Positions 26,676 through 37,722 of a stretch of 64,000 nucleotides of DNA are shown here, piece after piece. Each line of letters starts with the position of its first letter. Position 1 is the stretch's first letter. This DNA is from Rhodanobacteraceae bacterium (GTDB lineage: Bacteria; Pseudomonadota; Gammaproteobacteria; Xanthomonadales; Rhodanobacteraceae): positions 5,375 through 69,374 of the forward strand of contig SCQU01000028.1 in assembly GCA_004299555.1 (NCBI GenBank), in the 5' to 3' direction. Under the pieces are notes generated by a model. It made no database searches and was not told the origin of the DNA. It saw only the letters and a list, made by a program, of their open reading frames with translations. Position numbers and translations under genes: made by a program.

Positions 26676-27620
26676 ATGCGGATTGGCCTTGTGGTGGACG
26701 CGACCTGTGACCTGCCGCGCCAGTTCATCGATGACCACCAGATCATCGTCATGCCGATCACGGTCAAGATCGATGAACACACGTTTGTCGATGTGCATGA
26801 ACCGGCGGCGATGGAGAACTACTACCTGGCCGACATCAGCAAACGCGGCCACGCCGCCGAGACCGCTTCGCTGTCGGTCGATGAGATCCGTGACCTCTTC
26901 CTGGGCAAGCTGGTGCTCGACTACGACGCCGTGTTCTGCCTGACGGTCACCTCCACGCGCAGCCCGATTTTCGCCAACGCGACGCAGGCGAGCTTTGCGA
27001 TTCTTGGCAGCTACCGGCCGATACGCCGGGCGGCGGGCAACGAGTCGCCGTTCCTGATGCGGGTGGTCGACACGCGCAGCCTGTTTGCGGGGCAGGGCGT
27101 GACCGCGATCGAGGCGACCAGGCTGGTTGCCGCCGATACCGGGGTCGGGCAGATTCGCGAGCGTTTGGTCGACTTGGCCTCACATACTTACGCCTACGTC
27201 GTCCCGCGCGACCTCAACTACCTGCGCGCACGCACGCGGCAGAAGGGCGATCGCAGCGTCGGGTTCCTCACCGCCAAGCTCGGTACCGCGCTTGACATCA
27301 AGCCCATCCTGCGCGGCTTTCAAGGCGAAACCGAGCCGGTGGCCAAGGCCCGCGGCTTTGACAATGGTGCCGGCATGCTGTTCGGGCACGCGGTGGCCGC
27401 CGTCAAGCGCGGCCTGATGGTGCCGGCGGTGTGCGTCAGCTACGGTGGGCCCCTGCAGGAGCTTGAAGCGCTCCCCGGCCACCAGGCGCTCGCAACCGCC
27501 TGCGCGGAGGCAGGGGTCACGCTGTACCAGAGCGTCATGAGCATCACCGGCATGGTCAACCTCGGCACCGGCGCGGTGTCACTCGGCTACGCCGCGGCCA
27601 CGGATGACACCCGGTTCTGA
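26676..27620 (+). CDS. DegV family fatty-acid-binding protein
   Basis: MRIGLVVDATCDLP..., TVTSTRSPIFANATQAS (the SS.LSGTYQSA position), VVDTRSLFAGQGV, VVPRDLNYLRAR and LDIKPIL are present. Length 314 aa. Confidence 0.8.
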   Translation: MRIGLVVDATCDLPRQFIDDHQIIVMPITVKIDEHTFVDVHEPAAMENYYLADISKRGHAAETASLSVDEIRDLFLGKLVLDYDAVFCLTVTSTRSPIFANATQASFAILGSYRPIRRAAGNESPFLMRVVDTRSLFAGQGVTAIEATRLVAADTGVGQIRERLVDLASHTYAYVVPRDLNYLRARTRQKGDRSVGFLTAKLGTALDIKPILRGFQGETEPVAKARGFDNGAGMLFGHAVAAVKRGLMVPAVCVSYGGPLQELEALPGHQALATACAEAGVTLYQSVMSITGMVNLGTGAVSLGYAAATDDTRF

Positions 27621-27656
27621 GTGCGTGGCGCTTGACGCGTCTGGCAAGATGGGTGG

Positions 27657-28982
27657 ATGAGAAAGCCCGCGCGCGAAGTCATTTTTGCAACCACGATCGA
27701 TGACCTGTCGCACGACGGGCGCGGTGTCGCCCGTGTCGAGGGCAAGACGGTGTTCGTGGCCGATGCGCTGCCGGGCGAGCAGGTACGGGCCAGGCTGCTG
27801 CACACGCACCGGAATTTCGATGAGGCGCAGGCCGTCGATATTTTGCGGGCGTCACCGGAGCGCGTGGTTCCGCGCTGCGCGCACTTCGGGGTTTGCGGGG
27901 GGTGCGTGTTGCAGCACATGGCGCCCGCAGCGCAAATCGCCGCCAAGCAGAATGTGCTGGCACAGAATTTTCAGCGCATTGGCCACGTCCAGCCGGCGCG
28001 CTGGCTGGCGCCGTTGACGGCCGCTACCTGGGGTTACCGCCGCCGCGCGCGCTTGTCGGTCAAGCAGGTGGCGAAGAAGGGCAAAACCCTGGTCGGCTTT
28101 CGCGAGCGTGATCCGCGCTTCGTGGCCGACCTTGCGCACTGCGACGTGCTCGACCCGGCCCTGGGCGACCACCTGGATGCGCTCGGCGCACTGCTGAATG
28201 ACATGCAGGGTGCGCAGGCCGTTCCGCAGATCGAGTTTTCGGCGGGTGACGCCGCCCGCGTGCTGGTATTTCGCCACCTGCAGCCGTTGCCGGAGGGTGA
28301 CCTTGAGAAAATGGCGGCGTTCGGCCGCGCGCATGGGTTCACGATCCTGCTGCAGCCGGGGGGCGCCGACAGCGTCCATGCGCTTGCTGGCGAGGCGCCG
28401 GATTTGTATTACACGCTGCCCGCGTATGGCCTCAGGCTGGCGTTCGCGCCGCTCGATTTCATCCAGGTCAACGCCAGCCTCAACCAGAAAATGATCGACC
28501 ACGCGCTGGGCTTGCTGCGGCCGGGACCCGGCGATCGCGTGCTGGACCTTTTTTGCGGCCTCGGGAATTTCAGCCTGCCGATCGCGCGCCGCGCCGGCAG
28601 GGTGTGCGGGGTGGAAGGCGATACCGGACTGGTGGCGCGCGCGCGCTCCAACGCGGTATTGAATGACATCGCCAACGCGGAGTTCTGCCTTGGCGACCTG
28701 GCCGGCGAGGTGCGCGGCAGTGCGTGGGCACGCGCGGAGTGGGATCTCGTGCTGCTCGATCCCCCGCGCAGCGGCGCCGAGGCGTTGCTGCAACAGTTGC
28801 CCGGCAAAACGGTGCGGCGCGTGGTGTATGTGTCGTGCCACCCGGCATCGCTCGCGCGGGACGCCGGGACGCTGGTCAACCGGCACGGGTTCAAGCTTGC
28901 GGCCGCGGGTGTGATGGACATGTTCCCGCACACCGCGCACGTCGAATCGATCGCGCTGTTTGAACGCCGACGGCAAGGGTGA
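27657..28982 (+). CDS. rlmD: 23S rRNA (uracil1939-C5)-methyltransferase
   Basis: A TRAM-like N-terminus, the FeS cysteines CAHFGVCGGC, the SAM motif VLDLFCGLGNFSLP and the C-terminal DMFPHTAHVE are present. Confidence 0.9.
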   Translation: MRKPAREVIFATTIDDLSHDGRGVARVEGKTVFVADALPGEQVRARLLHTHRNFDEAQAVDILRASPERVVPRCAHFGVCGGCVLQHMAPAAQIAAKQNVLAQNFQRIGHVQPARWLAPLTAATWGYRRRARLSVKQVAKKGKTLVGFRERDPRFVADLAHCDVLDPALGDHLDALGALLNDMQGAQAVPQIEFSAGDAARVLVFRHLQPLPEGDLEKMAAFGRAHGFTILLQPGGADSVHALAGEAPDLYYTLPAYGLRLAFAPLDFIQVNASLNQKMIDHALGLLRPGPGDRVLDLFCGLGNFSLPIARRAGRVCGVEGDTGLVARARSNAVLNDIANAEFCLGDLAGEVRGSAWARAEWDLVLLDPPRSGAEALLQQLPGKTVRRVVYVSCHPASLARDAGTLVNRHGFKLAAAGVMDMFPHTAHVESIALFERRRQG

Positions 28983-28999
28983 CGACGCTGCTGGGGCGG

Positions 29000-29074
29000 T
29001 GGTGGGCGGTACAGGGATCGAACCTGTGACCCCTACCGTGTGAAGGTAGTGCTCTACCGCTGAGCTAACCGCCC
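29000..29074 (-). tRNA. tRNA-Val (anticodon CAC), CCA encoded
   Basis: The reverse complement folds as GGGCGGT TA GCTC AGCGGTA GAGC A CTACC TTCACAC GGTAG GGGTC ACAGG TTCGATC CCTGT ACCGCCC A CCA. All four stems are Watson-Crick, the T-loop is TTCGATC, and the anticodon loop reads T-T-CAC-A-C. Confidence 0.9.
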
Positions 29075-29170
29075 ACAAGAACCGGCAAGTTTACGTGCCG
29101 TGCGGGTGGCGGTCAATTACCCGGTGGGGCGTTGCTACAATCCGGCGGTTCATACAACCGGACCCCCACG

Positions 29171-29491
29171 ATGGAACACATCCTGCACGCGCTCGTCAAT
29201 TTCCAGATCACCCCGTGGAAGGTGGTCGGCTACCTTGGCATGGTCATGTTCACCAGCCGCTGGTTCGTGCAGATGTACGCCACCCGCAAGCACAAGCGGG
29301 TGACGATGCCGCTGTCGTTCTGGGTGCTGTCGGTGTGCGGCAGCGTGCTGCTGCTGGTGTATTTCGTCGTTGGCAAGAACGATTCGGTCGGGATTCTCTC
29401 CAACCTGTTTCCGGTGGTGGTGTCGGTGTACAACCTGTCGGTGCATGTACGTCATCGCGGAGACGGCGCGGCGCCGGGTGCGGCCGTGTAG
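29171..29491 (+). CDS. Lipid-A-disaccharide synthase N-terminal (LAB_N) domain membrane protein
   Basis: MEHILHALVNFQITPWKVVGYLGMVMFTSRWFVQMYATRKHKRVTMPLSFWVLSVCGSVLLLVYFV is a small three-TM protein matching my memory of PF07578. Confidence 0.65.
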   Translation: MEHILHALVNFQITPWKVVGYLGMVMFTSRWFVQMYATRKHKRVTMPLSFWVLSVCGSVLLLVYFVVGKNDSVGILSNLFPVVVSVYNLSVHVRHRGDGAAPGAAV

Positions 29492-29617
29492 CGCGGTTGC
29501 GGGCGCCGCGAGCCACAAGTACGCTGCGCGCGTGTCCGCTTGGCGGACATCACGGTGGCTTGCGCCAGGAGCGGGCCGGGCGCCGCGCGGCACCTCACCA
29601 TGGCAAGGGGATTACTG

Positions 29618-29881
29618 ATGAACGCGCAATTGGCTACGCGGGACAGCGGCATCATTTCGCTGGGTGACTGGATCATCACGCTGATCGTATTGGCAATTCC
29701 GATCGTCAACATCGTGATGTTGTTCGTGTGGGCGTTTTCCGACGGCACCCACCCGAGTAAACAGAACTTCTGCCGGGCCTACCTGATACTGGCGCTGATC
29801 GCGATCGTGCTGTTCATCCTGTTCGCCGTGATGGGCGGGATGGCGGCGATGATGGCCGCGCGTTCGGGCGGCGGTTTCTAG
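29618..29881 (+). CDS. Small two-TM membrane protein, unknown function
   Basis: MNAQLATRDSGIISLGDWIITLIVLAIPIVNIVMLFVWAF...LILALIAIVLFILFAVMGG. The start is ambiguous between 29600 and 29618. Confidence 0.45.
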   Translation: MNAQLATRDSGIISLGDWIITLIVLAIPIVNIVMLFVWAFSDGTHPSKQNFCRAYLILALIAIVLFILFAVMGGMAAMMAARSGGGF

Positions 29882-29927
29882 CCCGCACCGCGCCGCACCG
29901 TGGCTTCGCGCAGCGGTGTGGCGCCGG

Positions 29928-32636
<2,709 letters not shown>

Positions 32637-32723
32637 CTCGATGCTGCGAAGAGGTTGGACAAGCGGTGTATGGCCGGCCGACGCGCCGCCAACGCGATGA
32701 CTGGTGTCGGCGCTACGCGGGCG

Positions 32724-33824
32724 TCAGGCGGCCTCGGCGCGTGCGGCGACCGCGCGCGGCGGAACGTCCTTAACCGCGGCGGCGATCGCCGCGATGTGGG
32801 CAGGTGTCGTGCCGCAGCAACCGCCGACGATGTTGACAAGGCCGGCGCGCGCGAATTCGCCAAGCGCTTCGGCCATGCTTTCGGGCGTTTCATCGTAGCC
32901 GCCGAGGGCGTTCGGCAGGCCGGCGTTGGGGTGCGCACTCACGGCGCAGCCGGCAACCCGGGACAACGCCTCGACGTGCTGGCGCAGGTCGCTCGGGCCA
33001 AGCGCGCAGTTGAGGCCGATGGAAAGCGGCCGCGCGTGCGCGACCGAGTACCAGAACGCTTCCGCGGTCTGGCCGGACAGCGTGCGCCCCGAGCGGTCGG
33101 TGATGGTGCCGGAAATCATGACCGGCAAGCGGCCGCCGGCGGCGGTGAATGCATCGTCGATGCCGGCCAGTGCGGCCTTGGCGTTCAGCGTATCGAAGAT
33201 GGTTTCGACCATCAGGACGTCGGCGCCGCCTTCGATCAGGCCGCCTGCGGCGTCGGCGTAGGTGACCTCCAGCTCGTCGAAGTCGACGTTGCGGAAGCCC
33301 GGGTTGTTCACGTCGGGCGACAGCGACGCGGTGCGGCTGGTCGGCCCGAGGGTGCCGATGGCAAAGCGCGGCCGGCCGGGCGTCTTGGCTTCCGCCACCG
33401 CGCATGCCGCACGCGCGAGCTTTGCGCCTTCGCGGTTGAGCTCGCGCACCAGGTGCTGCAATGCGTAGTCGGCCTGGCTGATCGCGGTCGAGTTGAAGGT
33501 GTTGGTTTCGACCATGTCGGCGCCGGCATCGAGGTATGCCGCGTGGATGTCGCGGATGATCCCGGGATGGCTCAGCGACAGCAGGTCGTTGTCGCCCTTC
33601 AGGTCACGATGGCAGCCTGCAGCGTCGGCGTGTTCGCCCGTGTGCTCGTGGGGGTGTTGCGCATCGCAGCCGTGCGCAAAGCGTTCGCCGCGGTAGCCGG
33701 CCTCATCCAGCGCGTGGCCTTGCAGCATCGTGCCCATCGCGCCGTCCAGCAGCAAAATGCGCTCGGCGAGCGCGGCGTGGAGCCGCGCCGCGCGATCGGG
33801 GTGAAGGTAGGGCAGTTCGGTCAT
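32724..33824 (-). CDS. metH: Methionine synthase, homocysteine S-methyltransferase module (split MetH N-terminal part)
   Basis: [13 protein letters not shown] and the Zn ligands ...GLNCALG... and ...[12 protein letters not shown] are present. It lies directly upstream of the large metH part. Confidence 0.9.
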   Translation of the reverse strand: MTELPYLHPDRAARLHAALAERILLLDGAMGTMLQGHALDEAGYRGERFAHGCDAQHPHEHTGEHADAAGCHRDLKGDNDLLSLSHPGIIRDIHAAYLDAGADMVETNTFNSTAISQADYALQHLVRELNREGAKLARAACAVAEAKTPGRPRFAIGTLGPTSRTASLSPDVNNPGFRNVDFDELEVTYADAAGGLIEGGADVLMVETIFDTLNAKAALAGIDDAFTAAGGRLPVMISGTITDRSGRTLSGQTAEAFWYSVAHARPLSIGLNCALGPSDLRQHVEALSRVAGCAVSAHPNAGLPNALGGYDETPESMAEALGEFARAGLVNIVGGCCGTTPAHIAAIAAAVKDVPPRAVAARAEAA

Positions 33825-33905
33825 CGTTGGTCTTCTGTGGTGGCGGGCGGCACCCGCGACGGTTGCCGGGGATGGGTGGTGCGCGGCGGGCCGCGCAGGT
33901 GCGTG

Positions 33906-34838
33906 TCAGCCGGGCTTTCGCGCGAGCAGGTTCAGTACCTCGAAGTGCGGGGAACGCGCTTCGCGCGAGATGCGCTCGCAGTGCACGACTTCGAGCCCCA
34001 CCTTGCGGGCGAAGCCCGCGAGGTCCTCACGCCTGAAGCCCATGTTCTTGTGGTCGAACGGCGCGACCGCCGCGCGGTGTGCGTGCTTGGCCAGGGTGGC
34101 GGCGAGCAGGCGGCCGCGCGGCTTCAACACGCGTGCGGCCTCACTGATCGCCTGTTGCGGGTGTTCGCTGTAGGTCAACGCGTGCATCATCAACACCAGG
34201 TCGAATTTCCGCTGGCCAAGCTCCAGCACGTGCATGTCACCCTCGACCACTTCCACGTTGGCGAACGCCTTCAGTCGCCGCCGTGCGGCGACCACCACGC
34301 TGGGGCTGGAATCGACGCAGACGATCGAGTGCGCGTGGGGCGCCAGCAGTTCGGCCAGAACGCCGTCGCCCGATGCGATGTCCAGGACATCGCCGGTCGT
34401 GAGCAATTGGAGCAGCGTACGCGCGAGGGTTTCCCAGGTGCGCCCGGGCGAGTAGTGGCGTTCCATGTCGCCCGCCACGCTGTCCGCCCAGCCGCGATCG
34501 CGTGCACGCGCGGCCAGTACCGAGGGCAGGCGCTGCGCGTCGGCATCCAGCAGGCCATCGTCGACGCCATCTTCCAGTGCGCGCAACAGCCCGGCCGCGC
34601 CGGCGATCCCGGACTCGTTGAAGCGGTAGTAGGCCGACACGCCAGCCCTGCGGTCACGCACCAGTTGCGCGTCCCTGAGCTTGGCCAGGTGGGTGGAGAC
34701 CCGCGGTTGGGCGAGCCGCAGCACGGACGACAGCTCGGCAACGGTCAGTTCTTCGCGCCGCAACAACGCCAGCAACCGCACCCGTGTGGAGTCGGACAGC
34801 ACCCGCAGCAATGCAGTGGCGGAAACCAGATCCAGCAT
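33906..34838 (-). CDS. ArsR-family HTH regulator fused to a SAM-methyltransferase-like domain (SahR-like)
   Basis: The ArsR HTH reads LRVLSDSTRVRLLALLRREELTVAELSSVLRLAQPRVSTHLAKLRDAQLV. The C-terminal class I MTase fold contains VLDIASGDGVLAELLAP. It is the first gene of the metH operon. Confidence 0.7.
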   Translation of the reverse strand: MLDLVSATALLRVLSDSTRVRLLALLRREELTVAELSSVLRLAQPRVSTHLAKLRDAQLVRDRRAGVSAYYRFNESGIAGAAGLLRALEDGVDDGLLDADAQRLPSVLAARARDRGWADSVAGDMERHYSPGRTWETLARTLLQLLTTGDVLDIASGDGVLAELLAPHAHSIVCVDSSPSVVVAARRRLKAFANVEVVEGDMHVLELGQRKFDLVLMMHALTYSEHPQQAISEAARVLKPRGRLLAATLAKHAHRAAVAPFDHKNMGFRREDLAGFARKVGLEVVHCERISREARSPHFEVLNLLARKPG

Positions 34839-34865
34839 TTCATCTTTATATCAGGATGAAAAGAT
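34838..34865. promoter_or_regulatory. Candidate operator: overlapping inverted repeats in an AT-rich island
   Basis: TTTCATC (34838-34844), a 10-nt spacer, then GATGAAA (34855-34861), nested with ATCTTT (34842-34847) / AAAGAT (34860-34865). It sits at the 5' edge of the SahR-like gene, in the divergent spacer shared with the acyl-CoA dehydrogenase. Confidence 0.4.
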
Positions 34866-34984
34866 AAGTTAAAGCCTGTGCCGGTACGGGTGTCCGGTGT
34901 GCGGTACGCGCCGTTATCATTCAGCGTCCGGTTTGCCCGGCTTGCGGCGTGGCGGACGGCGCCAGAACAAAGCGAGGTGTTGCG

Positions 34985-36145
34985 ATGGATTTCACGTTTA
35001 CCGAAGAGCAGCTGCAGATCCAGTCGATTGCGCGCGAGTTTGCGCAAAGGCGCATAGCGCCGGTGGCCGCGGAGTTTGACCAGTCCGGGGAGTTTCCGCG
35101 CGACAACATCCTGGAGATGGGCAAGCTGGGCCTCATGGGTATCGAGGTGCCGGTTGAGTACGGCGGCGCGGGCATGGATTCGATCAGCTATGTGCTGGCG
35201 ATGATCGAGGTCGCGGCGGCCGACTGTGCGCACTCAACCATCATGAGCGTCAACAACACGCTCTATTGCAACGGCTTGCTGCAGTTCGGCACCGAGGAAC
35301 AGAAGCACAAATACATCACGCCGATCGCCTCGGGCGAGGCGATCGGGGCGTTTGCGCTCACCGAGCCGCAGTCCGGCTCCGATGCGACGGCGATGCGTTG
35401 CCGCGCGGTGAAGCAGGCCGACGGCGGTTTCATCATCAATGGCAAAAAGAGCTGGATTACCTCCGGCCCCGTGGCCAAATACATCCTGCTGTTCGCCATG
35501 AGCGATCCCGCGCAAAAGGCCAAGGGCGTTACGGCGTTCATGGTCGACACCGCGCGCGACGGGTTCCGGCATGGCAAGAAGGAACCCAAACTCGGTATTC
35601 GTGCATCGGCCACCTGCGAAATCGAATTTGCCGATTATCACGCGCGGGCCGACGAAGTCGTCGGCGACGAGGGCAAGGGCTTCAAGATTGCCATGGGCGT
35701 GCTGGATGCCGGCCGCATCGGTATCGCCTCGCAGGCGTGCGGCCTTGGGCGTGCGGCCTACGAGGCCACGCTTGCCTATGTGCGTGAACGCAAGGCCTTC
35801 GGTCAGCCGATCGGTGCGTTCCAGATGACGCAGACCAAGATCGCCGACATGAAGTGCAAGCTGGAAGCTGCGCGCCTGTTGACCTTGCGCGCCGCGTGGC
35901 TCAAGCAGGAAGCCGCCAGGACCGGTGCGCGGTTCTCCACCGAGGCCGCGTGTGCCAAGTTGACGGCGTCCGAAGCCGCGATGTGGATCGCGCACCAGGC
36001 CGTGCAGATCCACGGCGGCATGGGCTATTCCAAGGAAATGCCGCTGGAGCGCTACTTCCGCGACGCCAAGATCACCGAAATCTATGAAGGCACATCGGAG
36101 ATCCAGCGCATGGTGATTGCGCGCAATGAAACGGGCCTGCGCTGA
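34985..36145 (+). CDS. Short/medium-chain acyl-CoA dehydrogenase
   Basis: MDFTFTEEQLQIQSIAREFAQRRIAP..., ALTEPQSGSD and the C-terminal ...YEGTSEIQRMVIAR with the catalytic Glu are present. Confidence 0.9.
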   Translation: MDFTFTEEQLQIQSIAREFAQRRIAPVAAEFDQSGEFPRDNILEMGKLGLMGIEVPVEYGGAGMDSISYVLAMIEVAAADCAHSTIMSVNNTLYCNGLLQFGTEEQKHKYITPIASGEAIGAFALTEPQSGSDATAMRCRAVKQADGGFIINGKKSWITSGPVAKYILLFAMSDPAQKAKGVTAFMVDTARDGFRHGKKEPKLGIRASATCEIEFADYHARADEVVGDEGKGFKIAMGVLDAGRIGIASQACGLGRAAYEATLAYVRERKAFGQPIGAFQMTQTKIADMKCKLEAARLLTLRAAWLKQEAARTGARFSTEAACAKLTASEAAMWIAHQAVQIHGGMGYSKEMPLERYFRDAKITEIYEGTSEIQRMVIARNETGLR

Positions 36146-36334
36146 CCGGCCTTGAGCCGGCTCGCTTCTCGCTGGAAGCCGGTGGCGCGTAGCGCCGGGT
36201 GAGCGTTCGCGCTTGTGCCGCGTTGCATTACTGTCATTTCGACGTCCGTATCTTTCCCCGCGCCGTCCAACGGCGCGGGCCCTTTCTTGGCATTGCCCAA
36301 GAAGGGGCGAAGAAGGCTAGGCGCCGGAGGCGGT

Positions 36335-36446
36335 GGTCTCGGCAACACGATGTTGTCGAGACCGTCATGCCAGGCGCAGTGGCTTTGGTCACTTTCGCCG
36401 AAACAAAAGTAGCTCGCTCGTGCGGCGCGCGAGACCGCTTGTGCAA
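36335..36446 (+). repeat. Structured ~110-bp intergenic repeat, copy B
   Basis: The element is the hairpin ggtctcggcaac-acga-tgttgtcgagacc, then cgtcatgccaggcgcagtgg, then ctttggtcactttcgccgaaacaaaagtagctcgctcgtgcggcgcgcgag. It is collinear with 16997-17098 and with the reverse complement of 16785-16899. Confidence 0.7.
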
Positions 36447-36447
36447 G

Positions 36448-37284
36448 CTATTTGCGCGTGCGGTTGGGTCCCGCCTCCACCGTGATATAGCGCAGCTCGT
36501 CACCGTCCAGCTGCATCGCCGTGAGCTTGCCGCCCCACACGCACCCGGTGTCAAGCGCGTACACGCCAAGCCCGGCAAAGCGGCCGAGCGCCGACCAGTG
36601 CCCGCACACGATGCGGGTGTCGCGGAGTTTCATGCCGGGTACCGCAAACCATGGGTACAGCCCCCCGGGCTGGGTGCCCGGCTGACCCTTGGCGTCAAAA
36701 TCGATGCGGCCGTGGACGTCGCAGTAGCGCATCCGGGTGAACGTGTTGATCGCCGCACGGATACGGTCGTGGCCGTGCAGCCGTGGCGACCAGCGTGCGG
36801 GCCGGTTGCCGAACATGTGCAGCAGCAGTGGCCGGTGGCCGGGGCCCCGCAGGGCGCGCTCCACCTCGTGGGCGATGTGTTGCGCCTGTTTCAGCGTCCA
36901 GCTTGGCGCGAGGCCGGCGTGGATCATGGTGAATCCGAGGCCGGGGTCGTGGTGCAGCAGGGACTGGCCGCGCAGCCAGTCGATCAGCGTTTCCGAATCC
37001 GCGGCTTCCAGCACCCGGCGCAGGTCGGTATTGGTGCGCGCCCGCGCTTCGGGCTCGCGCACGGCGATCGCGAGCAGGCTGAGGTCGTGGTTGCCGAGCG
37101 TGACGATGCACCGTTCGCGCAGGCCATGGATCAGCCGCAGGACTTCGAGTGACTCGCCGCCGCGATTGACGAGGTCGCCGCAAAACCACAGGTGATCGGC
37201 CGCCGGGTCAAAGCGCAGTTTCTCCAGCAGACGTTGCAATTCGGGGTAGCAGCCCTGCACATCGCCGATCGCGTAGATGGCCAT
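36448..37284 (-). CDS. apaH: Bis(5'-nucleosyl)-tetraphosphatase (symmetrical)
   Basis: MAIYAIGDVQGCYPELQRLLEKL...GDLVNRG...GNHD shows metallophosphatase motifs. Synteny is with apaG and rsmA. Confidence 0.9.
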   Translation of the reverse strand: MAIYAIGDVQGCYPELQRLLEKLRFDPAADHLWFCGDLVNRGGESLEVLRLIHGLRERCIVTLGNHDLSLLAIAVREPEARARTNTDLRRVLEAADSETLIDWLRGQSLLHHDPGLGFTMIHAGLAPSWTLKQAQHIAHEVERALRGPGHRPLLLHMFGNRPARWSPRLHGHDRIRAAINTFTRMRYCDVHGRIDFDAKGQPGTQPGGLYPWFAVPGMKLRDTRIVCGHWSALGRFAGLGVYALDTGCVWGGKLTAMQLDGDELRYITVEAGPNRTRK

Positions 37285-37296
37285 GCGGGTGATGGC

Positions 37297-37722
37297 TCAG
37301 TGCAGGGTGCGCGGCACCGACAGCACGAACTCGGGAATCGGTGCCTCGAAGTCGCTGCCGTCGTCGGCGTGAAACACGTAAGCGCCGCGCATGGTGCCGA
37401 CCTGGGTTTCCAGCACCGCACCGGAGGTGTAACTGTAGGACTCGCCTGGTTGCAGCCGGGGCTGCTCGCCGACGACGCCCTCGCCGCGCACCTCCTCGAT
37501 CTTGCCGTTGGCGTCGGTGATGATCCAGTGGCGGGTCTGCAGGCGCGCCGGCATCAGCCCAAGGTTGCGCAGCGTGATCTCGTAGGCAAACACGAAGCGG
37601 TTGGCGTCGGGCTTGGATTGCTCGGTCACGAAGCGTGCGGCGACCTCGATTTCGATCGCGTACGGTTCCGGCTTGCGCGGGGAACGCGGCTTGTCGCCAG
37701 GGGTGGTCTGCCGGGTGCTCAT
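37297..37722 (-). CDS. apaG: ApaG (DUF525) protein
   Basis: FVFAYEITLRNLG...RHWIITDANGKIEEVRGEGVVGEQP...G.Y.Y.S is present. It overlaps rsmA by 4 nt. Confidence 0.9.
   Translation of the reverse strand: MSTRQTTPGDKPRSPRKPEPYAIEIEVAARFVTEQSKPDANRFVFAYEITLRNLGLMPARLQTRHWIITDANGKIEEVRGEGVVGEQPRLQPGESYSYTSGAVLETQVGTMRGAYVFHADDGSDFEAPIPEFVLSVPRTLH

Noticed and set aside
29075-29170. The tRNA-Val as an integration site for a genomic island.
   Set aside because: No integrase, direct repeat of the tRNA 3' end or compositionally odd genes flank it. The neighbours are rlmD and small membrane proteins.
32637-32723. A cobalamin or SAM/SAH riboswitch in front of or between the metH parts, and upstream of the SahR-like gene.
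   Set aside because: The gaps of 87 and 81 bp are too short. I could not recognise a B12-box or an SAH-element consensus, and B12-dependent metH is not normally riboswitch-controlled.
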